From Octopus vulgaris (taxonomy: Eukaryota): a DNA stretch of 64,000 nucleotides. Shown in pieces: positions 24,540 to 37,341 of the stretch; within the stretch, counting starts at the first letter, position 1; each line of letters opens with the position of its first letter. A program made the translations under genes and the position numbers. The DNA lies in the NCBI GenBank assembly GCA_951406725.2, contig OX597830.1, positions 69,998,001 to 70,062,000 of the forward strand, read 5' to 3'. The notes below the pieces were generated by a model. That model saw only the letters and a list, made by a program, of their open reading frames with translations. It searched no databases and had not been told where the DNA came from.

Positions 24540-25260
24540 ATATTTTCTTGCTAAACTTTCCTCGTGGTGAAGTTTCCTCATGGTGAACTTTCTTCACAGT
24601 GAATTGATGGCTGTGAACCTAACTGTGACCAAGCATTTTACAGAGATTTAGTGGAAAATGTGAATACCGATGGTGTGGTTATATAGTGGAGGATATGAAC
24701 AACGTTAGTTGCAAGTCTGTTCATCGGCAAGGGCGGTCTGTGTAATCACTTATAGAGGACTTTCAAGTCAGGGACTAGAAACAGTTTTGGCTTTGTATTA
24801 CAGGGAGAAACATTACAGGTATGCTCATGTTGGATCCACCAACAACCAAATTTTCTAAACCGTTTGTAATTTACTTGTCCTGTGTGAGTGTATTGTAGAT
24901 TTTGGGGCTTATGTCGAATAGCTGTTATCACTTGCGGGGCTGATCCGGTGTATTGGGGAAATCGACCCAACACTTCAGTTCACGAAGACGGAAGTGAAAT
25001 GAAGGTAAAGTAAAGAAAGAGGTGAAGGTAAATAATAAGAAGGTGAGAGTAGATGGAGAAGTTAGGATAACATAGCGAGTAAAGAAAATGATGATGAGGG
25101 TAAATTCAACAAAATTTGTGAAAGGTAAGTGAAAGTAGAAAAACTGGCCTGTTGAAACGGTTTCAATCAAGCAATATGTTTAGGCTAATGGGAAGAGCTA
25201 AAGGAAGGGCGCTTGTCTGTGTGTGCATTGGTACCTAAATCACTCTATGTGACTCTTCCT
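24540..25260 (+). pseudogene. Probable 3' portion of the same L1/Tx1-like LINE
   Basis: Patchy DNA similarity to 19480-19900, for example TGAAATGAAGGT near the ORF end. Confidence 0.4.
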
Positions 25261-25729
25261 AGCCATATCGAGAAACATTACAAGTTGTTATGTAGTTCTT
25301 CTAAGCTGATAGAGTTGCGGGTCTTTACGTTATGAGTTCAAAACCCACCGGTGTCAGTTTACCTTTCATCATTTCGGTGTCGATATAATAAAGTACCAGT
25401 CAAGTACTGGAGTCAATATTATCGACAAACGGCAAACCCCAATATATTATATATTATATTATATTATATCATATTACAGGAACGCATTGCGTAGTTGTTA
25501 GGGTGTTGCATGCGGGATCGTGGTTTCAATCACTAGACCGGACAGTACGTTGTGTTTTCTCTGCAGTCACTTCGACACCTGACGCATGGTACACTGTTCA
25601 GGCAAGATCAATCTGATGACAAGAGTGAGCTAATGTACAGCATGAACTTTTGATCACTATAAACAAATCATTTATGCAGGCCGTTGGGCAAAAAGCTGAA
25701 CACTCATACAACATCTTCGATATTATATT

Positions 25730-25945
25730 AAGGCTGTGAGCTGGTACAATCGTTAGCACGCCGGGTAAAATACTGAGCGGCACTTTATCCATCTTTACGT
25801 CCTGAGTTCAAATTCTACCTGTGTCGACTTTGCCTTTAATCCGTTAATCGATAAAATGAGTACTAATTGAGCTCTGGGGGGTCAATGTAATCGACTTAAC
25901 CCCTTCCCCTGGAATTGCTGGCCTTGTGCCAGAATTTGAAACCAT
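25730..25945 (+). mobile_element. SINE family C
   Basis: Head AAGGCTGTGAGCTGG...GAGTTCAAATTC...GTCGACTTTGCCTTT. Confidence 0.75.
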
Positions 25946-25974
25946 TATCATCATTATTATTGTTGTTGTTGTAG

Positions 25975-26790
25975 TAACACTCTTCATTCAGATTTCGTGA
26001 ACTCTGCCGAATATTCGTGGAGTTCTAAGGAGCACTGCTTTCTGTAGATGCTGTTCTATAGATGATCTTCACATGTACCCGTATATTTTCAATCCAGTTC
26101 GTTGGCACTTACTGTACCCAAGGCTCCAACAACACGTACTACATCACCTTCTTCAATGACAAAACCACTTTTAACTCCCACTTTGAATCATCATATCTGA
26201 CCTGCGTCTCTTTCCGATAATCTATTATCACCAGGACATGCAATACCTATGATTAAACTGGTATTTTTCCTCTTTATTCACAACCGTTACATACCGATAT
26301 TCAACGCTCAATTTCACAATCACATTGGGTCATTGTGACCTACGGTGTTTCTACCTTGATACTCTTGATTATTCTTCTGAGATTTGCCCATACAGCGCTC
26401 TTGCTCTTTCCAAACCATACTTTTCACACAGCTCCCAATCATTCTCATGACATCATCCTGTCTTCTTTCGTATTTTTTGTGGGGCCACACAGTCCCACTT
26501 TTATCACCGCACAACCTGCACTTTTCACTCTCTACTGTGTTGTCGGCCTCGCATTTGACATAATTTGTTCTAAGTACTTGTTGCTGTGCAGCACAGATAA
26601 GTGCTTCTATTTCTGACTTCAAGTCACGCTTCCTTAGATAGCGTTACCTTCTGTCGGCATCTGTATTCCTGCTCCCTCCTCCGCAAACTACCCGTACACC
26701 TCTTTTTCCACTCCATTTTCTTTCGTCTTAATATATTTTTCTTTGTACTCTCTTCTTTCCAGGCAAATATCTGTCCTAACTACCAGATAT
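25975..26790 (-). pseudogene. R4/Dong-like LINE C-terminus (CCHC zinc knuckle and endonuclease), decayed
   Basis: KSEIEALICAAQQQVLRTNYVK...KCRLCGDKSGTVW...KKYERRQDDV, with terminal LQKAVLLRTPRI. Confidence 0.85.
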
Positions 26791-26939
26791 TCTCATCTGC
26801 ACCAACAAGGGATCAGTGTTACTCTTGATATACCACGTCAAGCTAATTTCTTCTGAGCCGTTCGCAACTTTTACAACGAATTAGTTCTCGCCCATTCTTG
26901 TACCTGGTTACATCGAAATGGAATTTGATCTAAGAAACG

Positions 26940-27300
26940 GAGAGTAATAAATATTCCTGACAAAATAGTCGAAGGTGTAAAACTACCATCAGGGGAAATC
27001 ATGAAAAAGATTGATGATATTGGGTGTAACTATCTTGGTATATTCTAGGTGAGTGAAGTGATAGAAGAAGAAAGGAAGACAAATGTTTCTCAAGAGTGTA
27101 TCTGAAAACTTAGACTGGTACTGTGGTAAAAACAATTGAATGGATGAAATAGTATCAGGTATCCAATATATGGTGATTACATTATTGAGCTATGGTGCAG
27201 GTATTATCAATTAGAAGAAAGTGGAGTTACAGAAGCTGGACCGAAAATCGAGAAAACGTGTCACAATGCACGGAATATACCACCTCAAGGGCATTATTTG
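26940..27300 (+). pseudogene. R4/Dong-like RT fragment
   Basis: EGVKLPSGEIMKKIDDIGCNYLGI (cf. YKYLG), LLSYGAGII and ELQKLDRKSRK. Confidence 0.7.
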
Positions 27301-27429
27301 TTCACTTAACTTCTCCTGATTCACGTCTCAGCTCCTTCCCGCAATTTAAGGACACAATACTTTCTATGAAGTTTCTTAGTAATTTCTATGAAGTTTCTTA
27401 GTAATTTCTATGAAGTTTATTATTTGCAG

Positions 27430-28020
27430 CTTTTGATGCCAAAAGATTGCTCTCTTTGAGATAGTCTAAAGTGCACCGATCACAGTCGGTACCACACTCT
27501 CTTTTGAGACTGAATTCGTTTCATTTTCCAATGCTTGGTCTTGATACTTCCCGATTTTTTAGTCTTCTGTCTTCAAAATAATCAGCTCTGTTAGTACAGC
27601 TACATCAATGAAGGTCCATTCTTCGGACTCCTTCCATGGGAGAGTGATATCTGATTGGTCACATTGCAGATTTTTGTCTTTGTATATTGGGATATCCCGT
27701 GTGAGTTTCACCCAATTTTCTGCTACTGACAAAAGTTGGTGCTCTTACCACTTGGAACAGTACAATTCCCTGTGTATTCGAACTGCCATGAATCGTATAA
27801 TTTTTTGTACTCCTTTTGGGCCAGCTTTGAGCATCCACTAATTATATGTTCAACTCTCTCAGATGATGTAAAGTTATCTGCTGTGATATCAATGCTCCAC
27901 TTAATTGAGTTGCTTTGTGAAGCTTGTTCTTGAACAGCAAGAATCAATTCTTTTGCCTTCTTTAAAGAGAACCATGTCTTAACAATCTCCATAATGTTTC
28001 ATCAGCTTTATCCGATGTTT
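27430..28020 (-). pseudogene. Second R4/Dong-like C-terminal fragment
   Basis: LILAVQEQASQSNSIK...ERVEHIISGCSKLAQKEYKK. Confidence 0.8.
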
Positions 28021-28030
28021 CTTGGAAAAG

Positions 28031-28197
28031 CGTGGTAAGTAGCTTGCTTACCAACCACATGGTTCCGGGTTCATTCCCACTGCGTGGCACCTTGGGCAAG
28101 TGTCTTCTACTATTGCCTCGGGCCGACCAAACCCTTGTGAATGGATTTGGTAGACGGAAACTGAAAGAAGCCCGTCGTATATATGTATATATATATA

Positions 28198-28242
<45 letters not shown>

Positions 28243-28460
28243 TTGTGTATATGTTTGTGTGTCTTTGTCTCCCAATATCGTTTGGCAACCGATGGTGGTG
28301 TGTTTACGTCCCCGTAACTTAGCAGTTCGGCAAAAGAAACCGATAGAATAAGTACTGGGCTCCCAAAGAATAAGTCCTGGGATCGATTTGCTCGACTAAA
28401 GGCGGTGCTCTAGCATGGCCGTAGTCAAATGACTGAAGCAAGTAAAAGAGTAAAAGAGTA
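28031..28460 (+). mobile_element. SINE family B, near full length
   Basis: GTGGTAAGTAGCTTGC...CCTTGGGCAAGTGTCTT...(TG)n...GACTGAAGCAAGTAAAAGAGTAAAAGAGT. Confidence 0.88.
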
Positions 28461-28906
28461 TAGGACTTTCTCTTTCCAGTTGATGATCTATTCTCTGTTA
28501 GCCCTCATATTATACCCCTGGGAGGGAGAGGGTCTCACTGTTGCCACTGGTTAACTTCTCACTCAGATAGGCATGCAAAGACTTCATTATCTTCACAACC
28601 CTATCCTCGATTCCAGCCAGTCCAGTCCTCTTCCATCTTCCTACCCAGGTAAGCAAAACCTTACTACGTTACTTCTAGTATGAAGGCACCCAATGCATAG
28701 CCATTAACTTTCTAATTTTGATATCCATGTTGGCCAGATTGGGTGAATAACAGTTGGGCAAGGGTATGTATTTTCGGGGGCGTGGTTGAAATGTTTATAG
28801 CCATATTTTTTTGTCACTGACATGAGAGAAAAAATTAAAATTTTGTCTAAGAATGAAACACAAACCTTATTTTTATGTTTTTTGTCACCCTCTATAAGAG
28901 GAGACT

Positions 28907-29225
28907 GTGGAGTCGCATGGCCTAGCGGTTAGAGCAGCGGACTCGCGGTCGAGGGATCGCGGGTTCGAATCTCAGACCGGGTGATGTGTGTGTTTATGAG
29001 CGAAACACCTAAGCTCCATGCGGCTCCGGCAAGAGGTAATGGCGAACTTCTGCTGACTCTTTCGTCACATCTTTCTCTCACTCTTTCCTCCTGCATCTTT
29101 TAGCTCACCTGCGACGGACCGGCGTCCCGTCCAGGTGGGGAATCTATACACCAAGGAAACCGGGAAACCGGCCCTAATGAGCCAGGCGTGGCTCGAGAAG
29201 GAACAGACAACAACAACAACAAACA
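28907..29225 (+). mobile_element. tRNA-derived SINE, family A, second copy
   Basis: Closely similar to 829-1138 along its whole length, with a (CAA)n tail followed by an (ATT)n tract. Confidence 0.88.
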
Positions 29226-29243
29226 TTATTATTATCATTATTA

Positions 29244-29290
<47 letters not shown>

Positions 29291-30029
29291 GTTATTATTA
29301 TTATTATCATCATCATTATTATTATTATCATTATTATTATTATCATTATTATTATTATTATTATTATTAATCGATTTTTTACTATAATTGTTGATTTCAT
29401 CCTTTTTTATCTCACGTTTCTTGCATTTTCTTTTCTCTTCTCTTATATTTGATCTTTAAACTGTCATCAAAATCTTGGCTCCTCGTGGCTAATTATTAAA
29501 CCCCATTTCCCTCGGCGTTGGGATACGAAAAACTGTACAGCAAATGATTAAATGAATTATTGCAGAATTTAATTATATTCCTTTAAGATCTGATTTCAAA
29601 TCTCACTGGGGTCATCATTGTCTTTCTTTCTTTCGGGGTCGATAAAATAGTGAGTACCAATGCTTTATTAATGAACCTTACTAACATCAAGTCCTCACTC
29701 TTTCTAACTTATCCAACTAGCAAAGCATTTGGTACCTCGTTTTTTTTATACGGTATGCTTGCCTGATTGATAGCTCATACATCTACTGTGGTTTGCTGGA
29801 AGCTACTGGGGCTAGAAGGTCCAAATAGTTTAGAAATAAATGAAAAAAAACATGTTTTTGTTTGTTATTCCAATTTTTTGCTCTTTTTTTTTAGTAAATT
29901 ATTTTGCATACATGCTGATCGAAGTTTCAACGAAAAGAAAAAAAAAGGAAAACAATATTAGTTACAGCAAAAACGAAAGGCCTTAAAAAAATTCATGTTC
30001 ACTTAATAACAATTTCCTAGTTAGACATA

Positions 30030-30514
30030 GATGATGACGAGGACAACGACGACCACAACAACGACAACAACAATGTTAATTATGACTAAGATGATGATGA
30101 TGGTAAAGGTAATGATGATGCCAGTTGTGATGATAATTTCAAGTAATCTTTCGAAGAAATTAATGCTATTAGTAATGACGGTGGCGGTGGTGCTACTTAT
30201 GACGACGACGACGACGATGATGATGATGATGGTGATGATGATGATGGTGAAAGTAAATAGTGGCGTTAGTTGTAGTGGTGAGGATGATGATGATGATGAT
30301 GATTGTGTTGGTGGTGATGATGAAAACTAAGATGGTGGTGGTGGTGGTGGTGATGATGATGATGATGATGATAACGATGACAACGAAGATGACGACGACG
30401 ACGACCACGACCACGACGACGGCGGTGATGATGATGCACGTGGAGGTTGTGCTGACGGTGACGATGACGATGATGACCACTGATCATGTGGTCAATAACA
30501 AAAAGAAAATAAGA

Positions 30515-30571
<57 letters not shown>

Positions 30572-30730
30572 CAATAAAACAATCAAAGTACGAAAAAAGG
30601 ACACAAATGTTTATATATTTTTTCCTTTTAAAATTTCTTTCTCTCTTTCTTTGTATTTATTATGATTATTATTATTATTATCATTATTATTATTATTATA
30701 TTATTATCATTATTATTCATATTAATAATA
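30030..30730. repeat. Compound trinucleotide repeats (GAT/GAC/GGT/AAT/ATT) downstream of the Post1 stop, possibly 3' UTR
   Basis: Direct reading; these repeats generate the poly-M/T/H/L/Y pseudo-ORFs in the track. Confidence 0.85.
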
Positions 30731-31132
30731 TTATCATAGTCATTTGTTCGTATTGTTTTTATTGTTGTTACTGTTGTTGGAGGATAGTGTTGTTTTTCGT
30801 TTTTTTTTTTAATTTTATAATTTTATTTTATTTTATTATTATTTTTTTTTTTTTCAATTTCCGTTTGTCTCTTTTTGTTTTTTGTTTTTTTTTACTGACT
30901 TCCTTCATACATACTAACGTAATCATTAACAACCAACATTATTTTTCTTCTTCTTCCTCCGCTCGTCATTTTTTTTTTTTTTCTCATTGACACTCTATCT
31001 CCCTTCCACTTTCTCTCTCTCTCTCCCTCCCTCCCTCCCTCCCTCACTCTCTCTCTCTCTTTCCCTCTCTCTCACAACTTCTACATCACCAAAATCATTG
31101 TGTTTATTAACCACACAGGATGTTATTTGACA

Positions 31133-31404
31133 TCAATTCGAAGATTGACCTTTTAAAGTCTCATCCCGTTTTTGCAACTTTTTCGCCTTTATTCGGCGAT
31201 TCTGGAACCAAATTTTGATCTGTCGTTCACTTAAGTTAAGCAGTTGTGATAATTCCCAGCGGCGTGACTTTGAGATGTAGGTGGAGATAGCGTACTCTCT
31301 TTCTAGCTCGGCGATTTGGTACTTGGAATATGGTCTTCGGCGTTTCCGTAGAGCGATCGCTGACGGCGGCAGAGCTGACGGTAGATGGATTGCTTGTTGT
31401 AGAT
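31133..31404 (-). CDS. Post1: Terminal homeobox exon of posterior Hox gene Post1 (spiralian Abd-B class); homeodomain about 31172-31351
   Basis: Translates to (D)[89 protein letters not shown]. It has the WFQNRR helix 3, a posterior-type RRRPYSKYQ arm and Post1-like YQIAELE.EY and RWELS residues. The acceptor on the minus strand is ttttttcttcttgcag|AT CTA (phase 1) and the stop TGA is at 31133-31135. The ORF-track start at 31429 lies in the intron. Confidence 0.93.
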
Positions 31405-31425
31405 CTGCAAGAAGAAAAAAACAGA
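31405..31425 (-). other. 3' splice acceptor and polypyrimidine tract of the Post1 intron
   Basis: The minus strand reads ctgtttttttcttcttgcag immediately before the homeobox exon. Confidence 0.85.
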
Positions 31426-31594
31426 TCAATCAATCAATCAATCAATGACTGAATAAATAAATTGAATAAGTTATAATAGCAATTATGGTAATGATAACAT
31501 TAATAATAATATTATAACAACAGCAACAATAATAATAATAATAATAATAAGGTTTCTTTTATTGTCCCAAGGCGCTTTTTAAAAACAATTCCTG

Positions 31595-31775
31595 GTAACA
31601 GGGCGAAATGCTTAACCGTATTTTGTCCGTCTTTACGTTTTGAGTTCAAATTCCGCCGAGGTCGACTTTGTCTTTTATCTTTTCGGAGTCGATAAATTAA
31701 GTACCAGTGAAACACTGGGGTCGATGTAATCGACTAGTCCCCTTCCCCAGGGCCTTGTTCCTAGAGTAGAAATAA
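31595..31775 (+). mobile_element. SINE family C inside the Post1 intron, about 190 bp from the acceptor
   Basis: GAGTTCAAATTCCGCCGAGGTCGACTTTG...GTCGATAAATTAAGTACCAG. Confidence 0.8.
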
Positions 31776-32846
31776 TATTGTATTATTTGTTTTTATGGAT
31801 TTGTTGATGGCTAAAGATATTGTTGTATTCCTTTTGAGTACGCTGTTGGCCAAATACTCGCATGAAATGCTACAGAGTTAATTGCTTTGATTAGTGGTAC
31901 TCAGCCATGTTTTGCTTATGGACTCCTATGATGCCTATTTTATTCAGTTGGACCCTTATAACCATTCAACATTTAAAAAAATCCTATTTTGTATTTACAT
32001 AATTAAATATTATTAAGAATTGAATGAAGAAAAAAATATTATTTGTGTGTATTGTAGAAGTACAACCAATTTATTGTACATAAATTTTAACAACAAAATC
32101 TTATATGGATCCCCAGTGGTCATATGGAACCCGGTTGTAAACCACTGGTCTAGATTGTAAAGATCTATACTACTTGGGCAATTATAAATCTCGTGGGCTC
32201 GCCTGTCGTGGACGACAAGTGAGGTTTCTGCTGAGCAACATACACAGATGATTTGAGTATAGTGGTCAAATGTTTGTTTTAGTTCGTTCCCTCCAATAAA
32301 AATCGACATTGTCTGTACAGGCGCGAAGTGAAGTACATGTCAGATGTCGAAGTGAAATTAAGTATTTTGCCTAGTAGCAAAATGCACTGCTCTGGACTCG
32401 AAACAGGTCCTATCCACTAGGCTACACGCCCTAACAAATATAAACAGCGATGACAGTATCAAGAAGCAAACTAAGGCCAAGAATGGATACCTTCGAAATC
32501 GAGAAGATGCAACCACACAGAGTGATTCGAGACCCACAGTACATACCAAACACAAGTAGCCTCTAGTTTTATACGCTGGCGTTATAGTTATATAGACTAC
32601 GGCCGTCTAGCCATGTGAGTTTTGTCAGTTTTACCCAGCTCACATAAAAACTACTAGGGAACAGTACCTTCCTCTCTACTCACACGTTCCTGCTCAAGTG
32701 GTACTTGAAGAAGTTGCTGACTGTTTGGCCTGGTATGAAAAGCTCTGTCATGTCCACTAAACAACTTCTTTCGTCATAGTTGCCAGACAGAAGGAGACGG
32801 TGTGGGGGGGGGCAGTCAATCGTCATTATAGACTCTGATAAGCAAA

Positions 32847-32901
<55 letters not shown>

Positions 32902-32926
32902 ACTGCTGCTGCTGCTGCTGCTGCTG

Positions 32927-32965
<39 letters not shown>

Positions 32966-33350
32966 ATAATAATAATAATAATAATAATAATGATAATAAT
33001 AATAATAATAATTTCTTTCGTATTATTACAGATTTCGTATTAGCATCCGTTAACAAATGTCTCTACAAGTGAGGTGTACAGTTGATTTCTTCGGAATAAT
33101 TAGTCTTGTGTATTCTATTGATCTTGGAGAAACAAAAGACGAAGAATGCGGCGATTTGATCTCAGAACGTAAAGGAACATGGGAGAAACTCGAAAGGTGC
33201 CTTTCACTGCATGTACGCATGCACAAACACACACAAACACACACACACACATACACGTGCGCACATATGTATGTATACATAAATTCGTTATATACATACA
33301 CGTCTCTTTCTATATCTCTCCCTGTCTGTCTGTTTGTCTCTCTCTCTCTC

Positions 33351-33389
<39 letters not shown>

Positions 33390-33456
33390 ATAAAAACGGT
33401 AAGATAACAAAAGAAAGAAAGAGACCTCAATATTATGTAAATAGAGGAAATTTATC

Positions 33457-33603
33457 TATAAAATAATATGTTACATTACTCAATACTCAAGATAAAACTC
33501 GGAGTTTCAGATGCCGAAGAGATGGTGTTTTGGATTTCCACTTCGGCATTTGAAACTCAGAGCTTTATCTTGAGTATTGAGTAATGTAACATATTATTTT
33601 ATA
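33457..33603. repeat. Foldback hairpin: 63-bp arms (3 mismatches) and a 21-nt loop
   Basis: 33457-33519 is the reverse complement of 33541-33603; (TA)n tracts lie nearby on both sides. Confidence 0.92.
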
Positions 33604-35013
33604 TATATATATTTATATATCCCTTTAAGTATGTAAAGTATCCCAGTTAGAAGAAAGATTGCAGTAAATTTTACCGGGAAAAAAAGAACACATAAACACG
33701 CAGTTATCCTGATACATATAATCACAATAAATAAGTATGAATAAATGCATGTTTGTTTGTTTGTTTGTGTATGTGTGTGTGTGTATATGTAATAAGTGTG
33801 TGCGTATGAATCTACGTGCGTGCGAATAATGGTGAAAAACGTAATGGAAACGTCTTGAAACAGATTCGTTTCTGAGATTTAAATCTAACTTCGTCTAAAC
33901 CATGAATCTGATCTGTATAACACTAAGAGGTTCTTAGGTGTTTGGTCAGATGTGTTTATAGGGGTGGGCGTGGAAGGAGGTGAGAGAGTGTGTTATTGAT
34001 ACTACTTAGAAGAGTTATAAAAAGAAACACCCACTAAATTTACTCAAGAGATTCCCCCCACCCCGCCACCGCAAGCCCTACCGCCACCGTCACCACTTTC
34101 TCTACCAAGATCACATCCTTTGCATTTATTGCAAGAAGCCCCTAATAATATCTGTATTTGACAGCAAAGCTTTTGCGATGAAAGGAGGCGAACGTTTTGA
34201 CTGTCTATTTGGACAGAAACATATCAATGCCATTAGTAAAAAGGAGAGGTGCAAGCGACTGTAAAAAGTTTAAGAAGGAAAGACAAAAAAAAAAAAAAGA
34301 AACAGCAACAACCGAGGAGACAAGAAAGTTCAGGAAGAAAAAAAAATATGACAAGAGAAGACGAAACGTCAAAAAGAAAAAAAAAAACAGAAATCAAGGT
34401 AAAATGTAAACCAGAAAGAAGCAAAAAAAAAAGAAAAAGAAAAAAAAAAGAAAGAAAAGCTAGCGCAATATTACTGTTTCAATGATGTCAACAACAATTA
34501 CAAAACAAATAAAGAAAGAAAAAGAAGAAGGAGAAAGAGAAGAAAATAAGAAATTGTAAATGAAATGTGTAAGATGTGTGAAAGAAGAAATCATTCTGTT
34601 GAAGTGTATAGTTGAAGCGAAGTTAATGCTGTTTTGAAAGGTCTCTTTACATCAATGAGAGCAGTACAAGTGTGTTTGTGTTAAATACCACAGCCTTCTC
34701 TCTCGCTCTCTCACTCTCTCAGTTTCTCACACTCTCCCTTTCTCACACTCTCCTTTTCTTACTTTTTTTTTTTTTTTATCTCTCTCTTATTCTGTATGCT
34801 GTATGACCGTGTGTTGTGTGTTGTGCGTTTGGCAAGAAAGAATAAAAAAAAAAATCATATAATGAAGATAAATAAAAAATCCTCATCCACACACACAAGA
34901 AAAAAAAAAAACTGACATCGATTTCAAAGATCTCTTATACATATATACATAGTACAGAGACGCGGGCGTGTGTGTGTGTGTGTGCGAAGTATATGAGCAA
35001 AATGCATGAGTGA

Positions 35014-35072
<59 letters not shown>

Positions 35073-35771
35073 TATGTATATATATCTGCAAATACATACG
35101 TATAATTAGATATTTATAAATATGTATAATTAAATACACATATGTATATACGTATATATATATATATATATATATTTGTATATGTATATATATATATATA
35201 TCTTATCTTTGTATATGTATAAATGATATATATATATACATGTATGAATAATATAACTGTATATATATATATATATATACACGTGTAGGGGTTCGTGTGT
35301 ATGTGCGTATACACGCATACACATATCTGTATCTTTCTTTATACAAATACATATATTGTATATCTATGTATGTACATATGTATATGTACATGTATGTAAA
35401 TACATTTATATAAATAAATAAATAAACAAATAAATAAATAAATAAAATGTGTTATATAAAAGATATGTAGCCAGATAACTAAGAGATATAAGAAAAATAC
35501 ACCCACATTCAACACACGCACGCGCACACACACACACACACAGACATACTTGCTCACTTACACATATATACACAAACAAACAAATCACAGTAACAAGTAA
35601 CTAATATATAAATATAAATAAGATGCTTTCAGAATTGAAATGATATTTTTTCAGTTATTTTGTAAAAAAAAAAAAAAAAATAATAAAAAATATAAGAAAA
35701 AAAATTCAATAAGTTAATAAGACAAAACAAAACACACATACACAACACATACATATAAACATAAACATCAG

Positions 35772-35807
<36 letters not shown>

Positions 35808-35911
35808 AGAGAAAATTGATTTCTCTCAGTTTGTTTCGTTGATAACTGTCTTCAAACAGAAACATGCAAACAGACATTTAAACTAAACTCGAAAAATAAA
35901 AAAAAAAATTC

Positions 35912-35966
<55 letters not shown>

Positions 35967-36001
35967 GTAATAATAATAATAATAATGCTGATGATGATTG
36001 C

Positions 36002-36045
<44 letters not shown>

Positions 36046-36252
36046 TAATAATAATATTAATAATAATATCAATAATATTAATAATAACAACAACAATAAT
36101 CTGAGTTAATTTTTGAATCTAAAGTAAAGTCGGATAGTAATGTAATAAATGTGACTTGTGTGTAACACGGATGACTGCCTATCAATTACTTTTACTTCCT
36201 TATCATACATATCTTTTTGCCATTTTCACTGATTCCAAGATTGTAAGAGAAC

Positions 36253-36289
<37 letters not shown>

Positions 36290-36500
36290 GAGGAGAGAGG
36301 GAGTGAAGTAGAAGGAAAAGTGAGGGGGAGGAAGAAAAAAAAGGCAATAAAATTTATGTTGTGACTCAAGATTTACACTTTTTGTGTTATGTTTTGTTTT
36401 GTTTTAAGTAGAAGTGTCGTTTTCAGCTTCACTGTTATAGAACAGCCTAAACACTAATATATATATATATATGTAATTATGTGTGTGTGTATATAAATAA

Positions 36501-36548
<48 letters not shown>

Positions 36549-36986
36549 AAACACTCCAGGAAAGAGAAAAAATATATACACACTTACAGAAAGATCAATA
36601 GAGAAAGATGAAGGTAAGTCGTATTTTTGAAGTGTAAAGATTTCATAGCAAAAAAAAAAGAAGAAACGAGAGAGAGAGACAGAGAGACAGAGAGAGCGAG
36701 CGAGCGAGAGAGAGACAGAGAGATAGTTAGGGGAGGAGATAGGGAGAGAGAGAGAAAGCGGAGGGAGCGAAGGAGTGTGAGGTAAAAAAAAAACATATAT
36801 TAAGAAAGAGGCCCAAGAAATTCTAATGGACAATAAGATTCATCAGACCATGAGACGAAATCTTTGAATTGTATGTTCTGCTATGTATTGCTGGACATCA
36901 TTTCCTTTGTGCATGACACAGTAAGAAAGTCTCCATCAGAATAAACATAGCAATGTTGTGTATGTGAATATATATACATATGTATG

Positions 36987-37024
<38 letters not shown>

Positions 37025-37048
37025 GATATATGTAAATATATCTATCTA

Positions 37049-37117
<69 letters not shown>

Positions 37118-37289
37118 GTATGTATATGTATGTATATATATGTATATATATTTACCTCTATATATATTTCTGTGTGTATGCATACATATTTATTTATGTA
37201 TGTATATATACAAATATATATAAATATATATGTATATGTGTATATATATATACATATATACATGCATACATATATGAATACACACACAC

Positions 37290-37341
<52 letters not shown>

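Noticed and set aside
27361-27420. 22-bp tandem repeat (also a 28-bp duplication near 53751-53812)
   Set aside because: These are ordinary slippage duplications with no further structure.
31405-31429. N-terminal MICFFLLA of the ORF-track homeobox protein
   Set aside because: It is the intron's polypyrimidine tract and acceptor read in frame from a non-ATG start.
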